Sequence record: SRR20825019_2337
Strand: one strand, 5' to 3'
DNA length: 64,000 nucleotides
Shown: positions 51,997 through 61,641 of the stretch, piece after piece
Position numbering within the stretch: the first letter of the stretch is position 1
Layout: each line of letters starts with the position of its first letter
The notes under the pieces: generated by a model
The model's input: only the letters and a program-made list of their open reading frames with translations
Databases searched by the model: none
What the model was told of the DNA's origin: nothing
Position numbers and translations under genes: made by a program

Positions 51997-52051
51997 GCGC
52001 CCGGCAACCCCTGCGGAGCAGCACCAGCCTCGATTCACTATCCTCCGCGGC

Positions 52052-52300
52052 ATGTCTGTCATTCCGCTCACCCTGACGATCAGCCTCTGTCTGGTTTTCA
52101 CCTTCTTGGTCTTCTTCCTGCTGGAAACGTCACGCCGACGTTTCAGCAGCGCTGAGCGTGAGTCGCTGCTCCCTCTGGCCGAAGAAACGCCCCATGTCGT
52201 CCACCGGGACAGCCATTCACACGACAACTGTGGCTGCCGAACCGGCAAGCGAGCCCCCTGCAAAGACTGCCTCAAGGGCCATCATCATTCTCATCATTGA
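52052..52300 (+). CDS. ccoS: CcoS-like cbb3 assembly protein with Cys/His tail
   Basis: Single N-terminal TM (MSVIPLTL..), directly upstream of ccoN; tail CGC..CKDC..HHHSHH. Confidence 0.6.
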   Translation: MSVIPLTLTISLCLVFTFLVFFLLETSRRRFSSAERESLLPLAEETPHVVHRDSHSHDNCGCRTGKRAPCKDCLKGHHHSHH

Positions 52301-52322
52301 TTAGCGATTCTGACCTCCATCC

Positions 52323-54626
52323 ATGAGTGAACAAAAAATAACCCTCGAGTATAACGACCGGATTGTCCGGCACTTCGTGCTCGCCACCGTCATTTGGGGC
52401 GCCGTCGGCATGCTGGTCGGCCTGCTAATCGCCTCACAGTTGAATTTCTGGAGGCTCAACTTCGATCTCCCTTGGCTCACTTTCGGGCGCCTGCGTCCGC
52501 TGCATACCAATGCCGTCATCTTTGCCTTCGTCGGCAATATGATGTTTGCCGGCATCTATTACTCGACCCAGCGCCTCGTCAAAGCGCGCCTCGCGAGTGA
52601 CTTCCTCTCCAACCTGCACTTTTGGGGTTGGCAGCTCATCATTGTCGCCGCCGCGATTACCCTGCCACTGGGATTCTCCCGCAGTAAGGAATACGCTGAG
52701 CTCATCTGGCCCATCAACATCGCGGTCGCCTTCATCTGGGTCGTCTTTGCGGTCAACTTTTTCTGGACCCTCGCCAAGCGCCGCGAAAAAGCGCTCTACG
52801 TCGCGATCTGGTTCTACATCGCGACGATCGTCACTGTGGCGATGCTCTACATCGTCAATCACCTCTCGATCCCGACGAGTATTTTGCACAGTTATCCGAT
52901 CTTCGGCGGCGTGCAGGATGCGCTCGTGCAGTGGTGGTATGGACACAACGCCGTCGCGTTCTTCCTGACCACGCCGATCCTCGGTATCATGTATTACTTT
53001 CTGCCGAAGGCGGCGGAAAGACCCGTCTACTCGTATCGGCTGTCGATCGTCCATTTTTGGTCACTGGTATTTATCTACATTTGGGCCGGACCTCACCATC
53101 TTTTGAACACCGCCCTGCCGGATTGGTTGCAAACTCTCGGGATGACTTTCTCGCTCATGCTCTGGGCACCTTCCTGGGGCGGCATGGTCAACGGGCTGCT
53201 CACGCTGCGGGGCGCGTGGGATAAACTTCGCACGGAACCGGTTATCAAATTCTTTGTGGCCGCGATCACCTTCTACGGTATGGCCACCTTTGAAGGCCCC
53301 TTGCTCTCGATCAAATCCGTCAGCGCGCTCGGCCATTACACCGATTGGATTATCGGCCACGTCCACGCCGGGGCTCTCGGATGGAACGGCTTTATGGCCG
53401 CCGGGATGATCTACTGGTTACTGCCTCGCTTGTGGAACAAACCGCTCTACTCGACCTCACTCGCCAATATCCATTTTTGGACCGGCCTCGTCGGCATCCT
53501 CCTCTACGTCGCCGCCATGTGGACCAGTGGGATCACGCAGGGCCTGATGCTCAACGCGACCACCGAAGGCGGCACCGTCCTCGCCTACCCCAACTTCATC
53601 GACACGCTCAACGCAATCCGTCCAATGATGCTCATGCGTGTGATCGGCGGCGGCCTCTATCTCACCGGATGGCTCGTGCTCTGCTACAACATGTATCGCA
53701 CGATTCGCGGGGCGGAGCCGGTTAACGGCACGATCGAAGTCTATGAAGAAAAGCCGGAACCCTCGGACCATCTCAGCGTGGGCCGCACGTTTTTCAACGC
53801 GCCCGTGCTCCTCACGGTTTTCCTCGTAGGCTTCTCCACCCTCTGGATGCTGGGCAGTGATTTGGTGAGCATGGCCGGTCTCGCCGGGGCTCTGGTCACC
53901 GTTGTCGCCGCCTACGCGTTTCTCTATTCGCGCGGTAAACAATGGCAGGATTGGTATGAAAAGCTCCTCCTCAATGCCCTGCCATTCACGTTGCTCACCT
54001 TTGTCGCTGTCGCCGCTGGTGGTCTGATTCAAATCATTCCTACCGTCCTCGTGCATAAAGCGGCCAATGTCGAAGATCGACTCCAAGTGCCTTACACCCC
54101 ACTCGAGCTCGCCGGACGCGATATCTATGTGAGTGAAGGTTGCTACAACTGCCATTCACAGATGATCCGCACGATGGTTCCCGACGTCTTGCGCTACGGC
54201 GACTATTCACGTCTTGGCGAATCGATCTACGATTATCCCTTCCAGTGGGGTTCCAAGCGCACTGGGCCTGACCTCGCCCGCGTCGGCGGTAAGTATCCCG
54301 ATGTTTGGCATCTACGCCACATGGAAGATCCTCGGAGTATCTCTGCCGGTTCGAACATGCCCAATTACCCTTGGTTGTTCACCAAGAACACCGATGTCGC
54401 CGCGCTGCCTTCCAAGATCAATGCCCAGCGGGTGCTCGGGGTGCCTTACGGTCCGATGTCCGCCCAGCAAATCTTTGATAGCGTCGAACAACAGTCCAAA
54501 GCCATTGCGAAAAACCTCCGTGATTCCGGTGCCTACGTCGCCCCGGAAAAGGAGATCGTCGCTCTGATCGCCTACCTCCAAAAGCTCGGCCAATCCGAAA
54601 CTCCACCCGCCACTTCAACCCGTTAA
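52323..54626 (+). CDS. ccoN: cbb3-type cytochrome c oxidase fused subunits I/II (CcoNO)
   Basis: FGRLRPLHT, WWYGHN, GPHHL, GHVH; C-terminal EGCYNCHSQ, WGSKRTGPDL. Confidence 0.96.
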   Translation: MSEQKITLEYNDRIVRHFVLATVIWGAVGMLVGLLIASQLNFWRLNFDLPWLTFGRLRPLHTNAVIFAFVGNMMFAGIYYSTQRLVKARLASDFLSNLHFWGWQLIIVAAAITLPLGFSRSKEYAELIWPINIAVAFIWVVFAVNFFWTLAKRREKALYVAIWFYIATIVTVAMLYIVNHLSIPTSILHSYPIFGGVQDALVQWWYGHNAVAFFLTTPILGIMYYFLPKAAERPVYSYRLSIVHFWSLVFIYIWAGPHHLLNTALPDWLQTLGMTFSLMLWAPSWGGMVNGLLTLRGAWDKLRTEPVIKFFVAAITFYGMATFEGPLLSIKSVSALGHYTDWIIGHVHAGALGWNGFMAAGMIYWLLPRLWNKPLYSTSLANIHFWTGLVGILLYVAAMWTSGITQGLMLNATTEGGTVLAYPNFIDTLNAIRPMMLMRVIGGGLYLTGWLVLCYNMYRTIRGAEPVNGTIEVYEEKPEPSDHLSVGRTFFNAPVLLTVFLVGFSTLWMLGSDLVSMAGLAGALVTVVAAYAFLYSRGKQWQDWYEKLLLNALPFTLLTFVAVAAGGLIQIIPTVLVHKAANVEDRLQVPYTPLELAGRDIYVSEGCYNCHSQMIRTMVPDVLRYGDYSRLGESIYDYPFQWGSKRTGPDLARVGGKYPDVWHLRHMEDPRSISAGSNMPNYPWLFTKNTDVAALPSKINAQRVLGVPYGPMSAQQIFDSVEQQSKAIAKNLRDSGAYVAPEKEIVALIAYLQKLGQSETPPATSTR

Positions 54627-54632
54627 TCCCTC

Positions 54633-54815
54633 ATGTTTAAACGCCTCCTCTTTGAAGATTACGCGGTGGTTTGCACGCTGATCGCCTTCCTCGTCGCTGC
54701 CACGATTTTCCTCGCGACAGTCTGGCGCGCGATCCGCATGCCGAAAAACCAAGTGAAACATTTCGCCAACCTTCCCTTCGATTCCGACGCCTCCCGCCAT
54801 GACGAACGAGCCTGA
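54633..54815 (+). CDS. ccoQ: CcoQ-like small subunit
   Basis: 60 aa, one TM, FANLPFD motif, between ccoO and ccoP. Confidence 0.75.
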   Translation: MFKRLLFEDYAVVCTLIAFLVAATIFLATVWRAIRMPKNQVKHFANLPFDSDASRHDERA

Positions 54816-55338
54816 AAATAATAACTCCGACGACGAAATCCGCGAGCACACCTTCGACGGCATCCAAGAATTTGATAAGCAGATGCCCAACTGGTGGCTG
54901 CTCACCTTCTACGGTGCGATCGCTTTCTGGATCGGCTATTGGTTCTATACCCAGGACAGCGGCCTCGCGACTTCCGATACGGCCGCGCTCGAACAGGAAC
55001 TCGGTCGGATCGAAGCCGTCAAGCTGGCGGCATCGGCGACTCAACTCGACGACGGAAAACTTTGGGAAATGAGTCGTAACGCCGTCTTTGTCGATGCGGG
55101 CAAGGCCACCTATGAGAGCACCTGCGCGAGTTGCCATCAGGCTGATCTCAGTGGAGGTATTGGTCCCAACCTAATCGACAACGAATGGATCCACGGAGAG
55201 AAGCCAACGGAAGTTTTCAAAGTCGTGGATGAGGGCGTGCTCGTCAAAGGCATGCCTGCCTGGGGTCCGGTCATTGGTGCCAAAAAGACTTCAGAGGTTG
55301 TCGCCTACATCATGAGCAAACATACTGCTCCTCAGTAA
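54799..55338 (+). CDS. ccoP: cbb3 oxidase subunit III, monoheme
   Basis: HTFDGIQEFD..MPNWW; single CASCH; GPNL, GMPAW. Confidence 0.9.
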   Translation: MTNEPENNNSDDEIREHTFDGIQEFDKQMPNWWLLTFYGAIAFWIGYWFYTQDSGLATSDTAALEQELGRIEAVKLAASATQLDDGKLWEMSRNAVFVDAGKATYESTCASCHQADLSGGIGPNLIDNEWIHGEKPTEVFKVVDEGVLVKGMPAWGPVIGAKKTSEVVAYIMSKHTAPQ

Positions 55339-55347
55339 CCTATCGCT

Positions 55348-56763
55348 ATGCCCGTTCCTCGCCCATCCCTCGATTCCGTCACTACCATACGGGATGATGG
55401 GTCGCGTCCGTTTATTTTTCCGGCAGATGTCGCAGGACGATTCGCCCTTGCCCGTAAGGTATCCGCGTTTCTCCTGATCATCTTTTATCTGTCGCTACCT
55501 TGGATTCGGATCGGTGGTTTCCCCGCCGTTTTTCTCGATGTAGCGGAGCGTCGATTCCATCTCTTCGGATGGACTTTCGTCGCGCAGGATATGTGGCTAA
55601 CGTTTTTTCTGATCTCCGGATTGGGCTTTTCCCTTTTCTTCATAACCGCCCTGCTCGGACGCATCTGGTGCGGCTGGGCCTGCCCCCAAACCGTGTTTCT
55701 CGATCACGTTTATCGCCGCATCGAGCGTTGGGTCGAAGGTAACTCGGTGAAACGCCGCACCCTTGATGAGGCGCCGATGAGTGGTGAGAAAATCTTCAAG
55801 CGCACACTCAAGCATACGCTCTACATCGTCGTATCACTCACGATCACGCATTTGTTTTTGGCCTACTTCGTCTCGATCGAAGAACTCTGGGCCATGATGC
55901 ATGAACAGCCGCTCGAACACTGGAGTGCATTTGGTTTCGTCTTCATCTTCGCAGGAGCGCTCTATTTTAATTTCGCCTGGTTTCGCGAACAGCTCTGCAT
56001 CGTCATCTGCCCCTATGGCCGTCTGCAATCTGCCATGATCGACGACGATTCGCTCGTCATCGGCTATGATGAAATCCGCGGCGAACCACGTGGGAAGCTC
56101 GGCACCCCGGATGCCGGAGATTGCGTGGCGTGTAACCGCTGCGTGCAGGTCTGCCCTACCGGAATCGATATTCGACAAGGCCTCCAGATGGAATGCATCG
56201 GCTGCACCGCCTGCATCGATGCTTGCGACGATGTGATGACGAAAATCCACAAGCCCAAGGGACTGATTCGCTACGATTCACAGAATCGATTCGCCGGTCG
56301 CGTCACCCGTTGGATACGCGCGCGCACCATCCTATATGGCATCCTCCTTCTGATTGGCATCTCGGTTTCGTCGTGGGCCCTCTCTACGCTGAAACCTGCG
56401 AACGTGGGTATCACCCGCATCACCGGCGCGCCTTATATCGTGGATACCGATACCGTCCGCAATCAATTCTTCGTGCGGGTGATCAACAAGCGTTCGGTGC
56501 CCAATGATTTTATCGTCAAAGTCATCGCACCTGTTCCCGTCGAACAAAGTGGGATGGTCGAGGCTCTCACGATCAATCCGCTCGTCGAAGAAGTGCGCCC
56601 ATTGGTTCTGCGCGTGCCACGCGAAACCTACGAGGGTCCCTTTACGTTCACCCTACTCGTCACAGATCGCGACAACTCGTTTGAAGTCACCCGTGAAGTC
56701 GAGTTCCTCGGTCCCGATGCCTACCTCTTAAAAGAAGATAACGAAAGCCAATCGCATGAGTAA
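55348..56763 (+). CDS. ccoG: cbb3 accessory protein CcoG (4Fe-4S, Cu reductase family)
   Basis: GRIWCGWACPQ, CIVICPYGR, CVACNRCVQVCP, CIGCTACIDAC. Confidence 0.95.
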   Translation: MPVPRPSLDSVTTIRDDGSRPFIFPADVAGRFALARKVSAFLLIIFYLSLPWIRIGGFPAVFLDVAERRFHLFGWTFVAQDMWLTFFLISGLGFSLFFITALLGRIWCGWACPQTVFLDHVYRRIERWVEGNSVKRRTLDEAPMSGEKIFKRTLKHTLYIVVSLTITHLFLAYFVSIEELWAMMHEQPLEHWSAFGFVFIFAGALYFNFAWFREQLCIVICPYGRLQSAMIDDDSLVIGYDEIRGEPRGKLGTPDAGDCVACNRCVQVCPTGIDIRQGLQMECIGCTACIDACDDVMTKIHKPKGLIRYDSQNRFAGRVTRWIRARTILYGILLLIGISVSSWALSTLKPANVGITRITGAPYIVDTDTVRNQFFVRVINKRSVPNDFIVKVIAPVPVEQSGMVEALTINPLVEEVRPLVLRVPRETYEGPFTFTLLVTDRDNSFEVTREVEFLGPDAYLLKEDNESQSHE

Positions 56764-56902
56764 ATCGCGACGCAGTAAACTCTGGCTCTGGATCGTCGTC
56801 GCATTCGTCGTGCAAATCGGCGCTTGGGTCCTCTGGTTCACCATCGCCGGGAATAATCCCGTAGAGGAAGTTCCTCTCGAAACTTCGACTCCCGCTCGCT
56901 AA
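56756..56902 (+). CDS. 48-aa membrane peptide at the CcoH position (not in ORF track)
   Basis: MSKSRRSKLWLWIVVAFVVQIGAWVLWFTIAGNNPVEEVPLETSTPAR; overlaps the ccoG stop, ends 2 nt before the next ATG. Confidence 0.7.
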   Translation: MSKSRRSKLWLWIVVAFVVQIGAWVLWFTIAGNNPVEEVPLETSTPAR

Positions 56903-56904
56903 AG

Positions 56905-57600
56905 ATGGAACTCGCCGCGATCAACACCCCCGCCGCTGCGTTTGTCGCCGGACTCATCACCAGTCTGCATTGCGCGGGTATGTGCGGCCCACTGGCCTGC
57001 ACCCTGATGCCGGTGAAAGGAGATCGCGCCGACGCCCAACTCGTCAGCAGCACCTACCATCTTACGCGACTCGCCGGTTATACGCTGCTCGGAATTCTGG
57101 CCGGCGCCCTCGGCGGCACTCCCGTTCGGTGGCTGCATCACGATGTGCTTCGCTGGCTCCCATGGATTCTGGTGCTTTTCTTTCTCGCCATGGCCTTTCG
57201 ATTGGATCGCCACGTGCCCAAGCCACTCTTCCTGGCAAGGTTCACCATGAAAATCAGTGCGTGGGCTCGCCACCGCTCGCGGCTGCAGGCCGCCGCCGCC
57301 ATGGGGTTCGCCACCCCGCTTCTTCCCTGCGGTCCTTTGTATTTCATCGTTGGTCTCGCACTGCTATCCGGCTCCGCACTACGCGGAGCTGAGTTTATGC
57401 TGGCATTCGGTCTGGGGACGGTGCCACTGCTCTGGCTCGCCCAATCTCAATTTCACTGGGTGCGGCAAAAGCTCTCACCACTCTGGCTCAATCGGATGCG
57501 ACTCACCCTCGCCCTGGTGACCGCGCTCATCATCAGTTGGCGTTTACGCGGCACTTTGGGATTCCCCGGCCCCGACGTGAACAACCTCATCTGCTTCTGA
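56905..57600 (+). CDS. DsbD_2/TauE-like cbb3 biogenesis membrane protein
   Basis: SLHCAGMCGP, LLPCG, MLAFGLGT. Confidence 0.88.
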   Translation: MELAAINTPAAAFVAGLITSLHCAGMCGPLACTLMPVKGDRADAQLVSSTYHLTRLAGYTLLGILAGALGGTPVRWLHHDVLRWLPWILVLFFLAMAFRLDRHVPKPLFLARFTMKISAWARHRSRLQAAAAMGFATPLLPCGPLYFIVGLALLSGSALRGAEFMLAFGLGTVPLLWLAQSQFHWVRQKLSPLWLNRMRLTLALVTALIISWRLRGTLGFPGPDVNNLICF

Positions 57601-60014
57601 TGAGCCTGACTGCCACGCGCGCTCGTTCTGAAACGGCCATGAAAACGTCGTGTCTCCACTGTGGGGCTCCGCTGATTGACGATGCGATGCGCGACGCCGG
57701 CTTTTGTTGTTCCGGTTGTAGCTACGTCTACCGGCTCATCCACGAGCAGGGTCTCGATGGATACTATAATCTCAAAGATGACATCACCACGCCGGTCGAT
57801 ACCGCGGTGTTTCAACCACGCGATTTCGAATGGCTCACCGAGCTACAATCCGAGGGCGAACGAACTGCCGAAACGCGTTCTCCCGTCCTGAGAGTGGAGA
57901 TCCAGGGCATCTCGTGCGCCGGCTGTGTATGGTTGATCGAACGTCTCTTCCAACAACAACCCGGTGCGCGCGACATCGTCGTCAACGCTCAGCGCGGGCA
58001 AATGGAAATGCGCTGGGTCATCGGCCAATTCTCCGCGGAAGATTTCGCGCAACAATTACACCGGTTCAACTATCTCGTCGGTCCGGTTGGCGCGGAGGAT
58101 CCTCCGTTGGAAAGTCGGGCATTGGTTCGTCGGATCGGGCTCTGTTCCGCCTTCGCGATGAACGTGATGCTCTTCACCTTTCCAACCTATTTCGGGATGG
58201 AAGCGACTTTCGCTTATGCGCGACTCTTTGCCACCCTGTCACTCGTGTTCGGCACGCTCAGTTTGTTGACCGGAGGTGGCTATTTCCTGCAACGCGCGTT
58301 CCAGGGATTGCGCCTCGGGGTATTACATATCGATCTGCCCATTTCCCTCGGAATCGTCGGCGCCTATCTCGGCTCGCTCTATGGCTGGTTCAGTGGGCAC
58401 GAACGCTACGTCTATTTCGATTTCGTGAGCGGTTTCATCCTGCTCATGCTCATCGGACGCTGGGCGCAGGTTGTCGCGGTTGAACGCAATCGGCGGAGCC
58501 TACTCTCGCAACAACCCCGTCCGCAAAACCTGCGCATCATTCAGCCCGATGGCTCTTATCGTTCCGTCACTCCTGAATCGCTGCTGAGCGAGCAGGTTTT
58601 TGAGATTCGCCCAGGGCAAATCGTCCCCGTCGAATCCCAGCTTCAGAAAAGCTCCGCCACCTTCTCACTCGCCTCCATCAATGGCGAAAGCACTCCGTGT
58701 GATCTCCATCCCGGGCAACGCGTGCCCGCCGGTGCCATCCATCTCGGCCGCCACTCCATTCTCCTGCAAGCCAAGCAAAATTGGGAAAAATCCCTCTTGG
58801 CCGAACTCACCCGACACTCCGAATCCGCACCTGAGCAGCCTCCGTTTCTCGAACACATCATCCGCGGTTATCTCATCGGCATTCTGCTTATCGCCGCCAC
58901 CGCTGGCATCGCTTGGGCACTCGCAACCGGCGACATGTTACACACCGGGGCCATCGTCACTTCCATTCTCGTCGTTTCCTGCCCCTGCGCGATCGGCCTC
59001 GCGTTTCCTCTCGCGGAGGAAATGGCCAGCGTGGCGCTGCGACGCCGTGGAGTGTTTGTGCGCACCGCCGAACTCTGGTCAAAACTCAGCAAAGTGCGTC
59101 AGCTTATTTTCGACAAGACCGGCACCCTCACGCTGGAAACGCCGGAATTGAGCAATCCCGAGAGCCTCCACGCTCTCGACGATAATGCCCGCGCGGCACT
59201 CTACACACTTGTCCGAGGCAATTCTCATCCGGTGAGCCGTTGTTTATTGGAAAACCTGATCGTGGGCGGTGCCCCCTTAACTCCAATCGTCGGTGAGATA
59301 GAAGAATCCGTCGGGGATGGTGTCTTCATTGACGGATGGTCCCTCGGTCGATCCGGCTGGAAATCTCCGGTCACGTCCGAACCAAGCACGGTTCTTGCGT
59401 ATCAAAGCCAAGCTGTCGCGCGATTCGCATTTACCGACACCATCCATCGCGATGCGGTTTCCGAAATGAAGGCGCTCAAGGCTCGGGGACTCGATGTCCA
59501 TATCCTCAGCGGTGACCATACCGAGAAAGTCGATGCAATGGCTCAGGCCCTCGAAATCCCCCCCTCAAATGGGCACGGTCGCATGTCACCTCACGACAAG
59601 GCCGCTTGGATCAAACAGCACGATCACGGGGACACCCTCATGTTGGGCGATGGCGCCAACGATAGCCTCGCTTTTGATGCGGCCACCTGTCGCGGCACTC
59701 CCGTGATCCATCGCGGCATCTTGGAGCAAAAATCCGACTTCTATTATCTCGGCCGGGGAATTGGCGGCATCCGCGCACTCTTCGAAATCAATGCCATTCG
59801 TCGCCGGACTCAGATCACGATTCTTGTTTTTTCGGTGCTCTACAACCTCACGGCTGTCGGACTCGCCGCTACCGGATTCATCAATCCCTTGATCGCAGCG
59901 ATCCTCATGCCGGCCAATTCGCTGCTCACCCTCGCCATTGTCTCCCTGGGCATGCGCGGGGCATTTCGTGCTGCGAACATAAAAGAGCCCCTTTCCGGCC
60001 GGGAAAGGGGCTAA
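57600..60014 (+). CDS. ccoI: Cu-transporting P1B ATPase (CcoI/FixI)
   Basis: CLHC..FCCSGC, CAGC HMA, CPC, DKTGT, GDGAND, YN; TGATG coupling to the upstream gene. Confidence 0.9.
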   Translation: MSLTATRARSETAMKTSCLHCGAPLIDDAMRDAGFCCSGCSYVYRLIHEQGLDGYYNLKDDITTPVDTAVFQPRDFEWLTELQSEGERTAETRSPVLRVEIQGISCAGCVWLIERLFQQQPGARDIVVNAQRGQMEMRWVIGQFSAEDFAQQLHRFNYLVGPVGAEDPPLESRALVRRIGLCSAFAMNVMLFTFPTYFGMEATFAYARLFATLSLVFGTLSLLTGGGYFLQRAFQGLRLGVLHIDLPISLGIVGAYLGSLYGWFSGHERYVYFDFVSGFILLMLIGRWAQVVAVERNRRSLLSQQPRPQNLRIIQPDGSYRSVTPESLLSEQVFEIRPGQIVPVESQLQKSSATFSLASINGESTPCDLHPGQRVPAGAIHLGRHSILLQAKQNWEKSLLAELTRHSESAPEQPPFLEHIIRGYLIGILLIAATAGIAWALATGDMLHTGAIVTSILVVSCPCAIGLAFPLAEEMASVALRRRGVFVRTAELWSKLSKVRQLIFDKTGTLTLETPELSNPESLHALDDNARAALYTLVRGNSHPVSRCLLENLIVGGAPLTPIVGEIEESVGDGVFIDGWSLGRSGWKSPVTSEPSTVLAYQSQAVARFAFTDTIHRDAVSEMKALKARGLDVHILSGDHTEKVDAMAQALEIPPSNGHGRMSPHDKAAWIKQHDHGDTLMLGDGANDSLAFDAATCRGTPVIHRGILEQKSDFYYLGRGIGGIRALFEINAIRRRTQITILVFSVLYNLTAVGLAATGFINPLIAAILMPANSLLTLAIVSLGMRGAFRAANIKEPLSGRERG
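59981..60012 (-). terminator. Terminator of tRNA-Tyr, overlapping the ccoI 3' end
   Basis: AGCCCCTTTCC/GGAAAGGGGCT stem followed by CTTTT on the minus strand. Confidence 0.75.
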
Positions 60015-60015
60015 A

Positions 60016-60101
60016 TGGTGGTAGGAACAGGATTCGAACCTGTGAAGGTATAAACCAGGAGATTTACAGTCTCCCCTCGTTGGCCGCTTGAGTATCCTAC
60101 C
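60016..60101 (-). tRNA. tRNA-Tyr (GTA)
   Basis: Reverse complement GGTAGGA..GGAGA-CTGTAAA-TCTCC, long variable arm, GGTTCGAATCC, ACCA. Confidence 0.96.
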
Positions 60102-60209
60102 AAAAGTGAGGGCGGAAATTCACGTCTCTGAGCGATGAGTTCAAGGCTTTTTTAACATCGTCTGCATTCTTCTCCTGAAACAGACTCCGGAAATCGCTTC
60201 TCACCCCCT

Positions 60210-61640
60210 ATGATGAACGAGTCTAACTTCACTTCCATCCTCTACGGATTGCTTTCCCACCTGCTGACTATCGGTGGATTTTTACTCGCCGTTTTTCTCA
60301 TTGCGCGGCTGATGAGCGAAAAAAAGCAACCGGGCAATACAATCGCCTGGCTTTTGGTCATCGTGCTTATCCCCTACGTCGGCGTGCCTCTCTATCTGCT
60401 CTTCGGAGGCCGGAAACTACGACGACTCCAGGCTAAAAAAATCCGATTGGATCCCCACCTCCCCGCCAATGCCGAACCGGCCGCTTGCGCGGATTTCTCG
60501 ATTGCCCGAACCATCACTTCCGGCGGCGGGTTTCCCCCGATTGGTGGCAACCGCATCACCCTCCTGACAAATGGCGAAAATGCCTATCGGGCTCTGGAGG
60601 AAAATATCCTTCAGGCCACCGAGTGCATTAACATCACGACATTCATCATCAGTCGCGATGAAGTGGGCCAACGCATCGTCAATTTACTCGCCCAACGCGC
60701 CCGTGAAGGCATCAAAGTGCGGCTCCTCGTCGATTCGTTTGGGGGCAGGATTTTGGGCAGAGCTTCCCTCGGGGCCATCACTCAGGCCGGCGGTGAAGTG
60801 CAATGGTTCATGCCCGTGCTCCCCTTCGCGTCCATCGGTTCGGCCAATCTGCGCAATCACCGGAAAATCGCGATTTTTGATCACCGCATTGCGATCGTCG
60901 GCGGACACAACATCGCCAAGGAATACCTTGGTCCCGAACCTTACGCGAAACGTTGGGCCGATTTCGGATCTTTGATTGAAGGTCCGGCCGTTCCCATGCT
61001 CTCCGAGATATTTATTGCCGATTGGTGTTTCGCCAGTCGGCAGCGCCCCGAAGACATTCGTAGCTCCGTCTCACCGCTACAATCCGTGGGAGACGTGGAG
61101 CTGCAAGTCGTCGCCAGTGGGCCCGATGTTAAAGGTGATCCCCTGTATGACGGCCTCGTCGCCATGGCCCAGTCTGCGGAAAAAAGCATCACCATTATCA
61201 CGCCCTACTTCGTTCCGGATGATGTGCTGATGCGCACCCTGATCATCAAAGCCCGCGGCGGCCGGGAAGTCACCCTGATTCTCCCCTTCAAATCCAATCA
61301 CTCCATCGCCGACTTTGCCCGAAAGCACTACGTGCGGGAGCTTCGCCAAGCAGGCGTCAAAGTCATGCTCTACACTCCCGGTATGTTACACAGTAAAGCC
61401 ACCATCGTGGACGATCGTGTTGCACTCTTCGGGTCTGCAAATTGCGACATGCGCAGCCTCTTTGTGAATTTTGAGGTGGGCGTCGTCGTCCACACCGAGC
61501 CGGAAGTGCGTGCCATCAGTCAGTGGGCCGAAACATTATTGAGTTCCTGCACCATCGCCAAGTCTCCCCGGAAGCATCGATTCTCCCGCCTCTCGTCCTT
61601 GGCCGAAGATCTCAGCCGGATGCTCGCCCCTCTCCTCTGA
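60210..61640 (+). CDS. cls: Cardiolipin synthase
   Basis: N-terminal TM PLDc_N; two HKD motifs (NHRKIAIFD, LHSKATIVD). Confidence 0.92.
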   Translation: MMNESNFTSILYGLLSHLLTIGGFLLAVFLIARLMSEKKQPGNTIAWLLVIVLIPYVGVPLYLLFGGRKLRRLQAKKIRLDPHLPANAEPAACADFSIARTITSGGGFPPIGGNRITLLTNGENAYRALEENILQATECINITTFIISRDEVGQRIVNLLAQRAREGIKVRLLVDSFGGRILGRASLGAITQAGGEVQWFMPVLPFASIGSANLRNHRKIAIFDHRIAIVGGHNIAKEYLGPEPYAKRWADFGSLIEGPAVPMLSEIFIADWCFASRQRPEDIRSSVSPLQSVGDVELQVVASGPDVKGDPLYDGLVAMAQSAEKSITIITPYFVPDDVLMRTLIIKARGGREVTLILPFKSNHSIADFARKHYVRELRQAGVKVMLYTPGMLHSKATIVDDRVALFGSANCDMRSLFVNFEVGVVVHTEPEVRAISQWAETLLSSCTIAKSPRKHRFSRLSSLAEDLSRMLAPLL

Positions 61641-61641
61641 T

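Noticed and set aside
51896-52051. FNR box upstream of the cco operon
   Set aside because: No TTGAT-N4-ATCAA match seen
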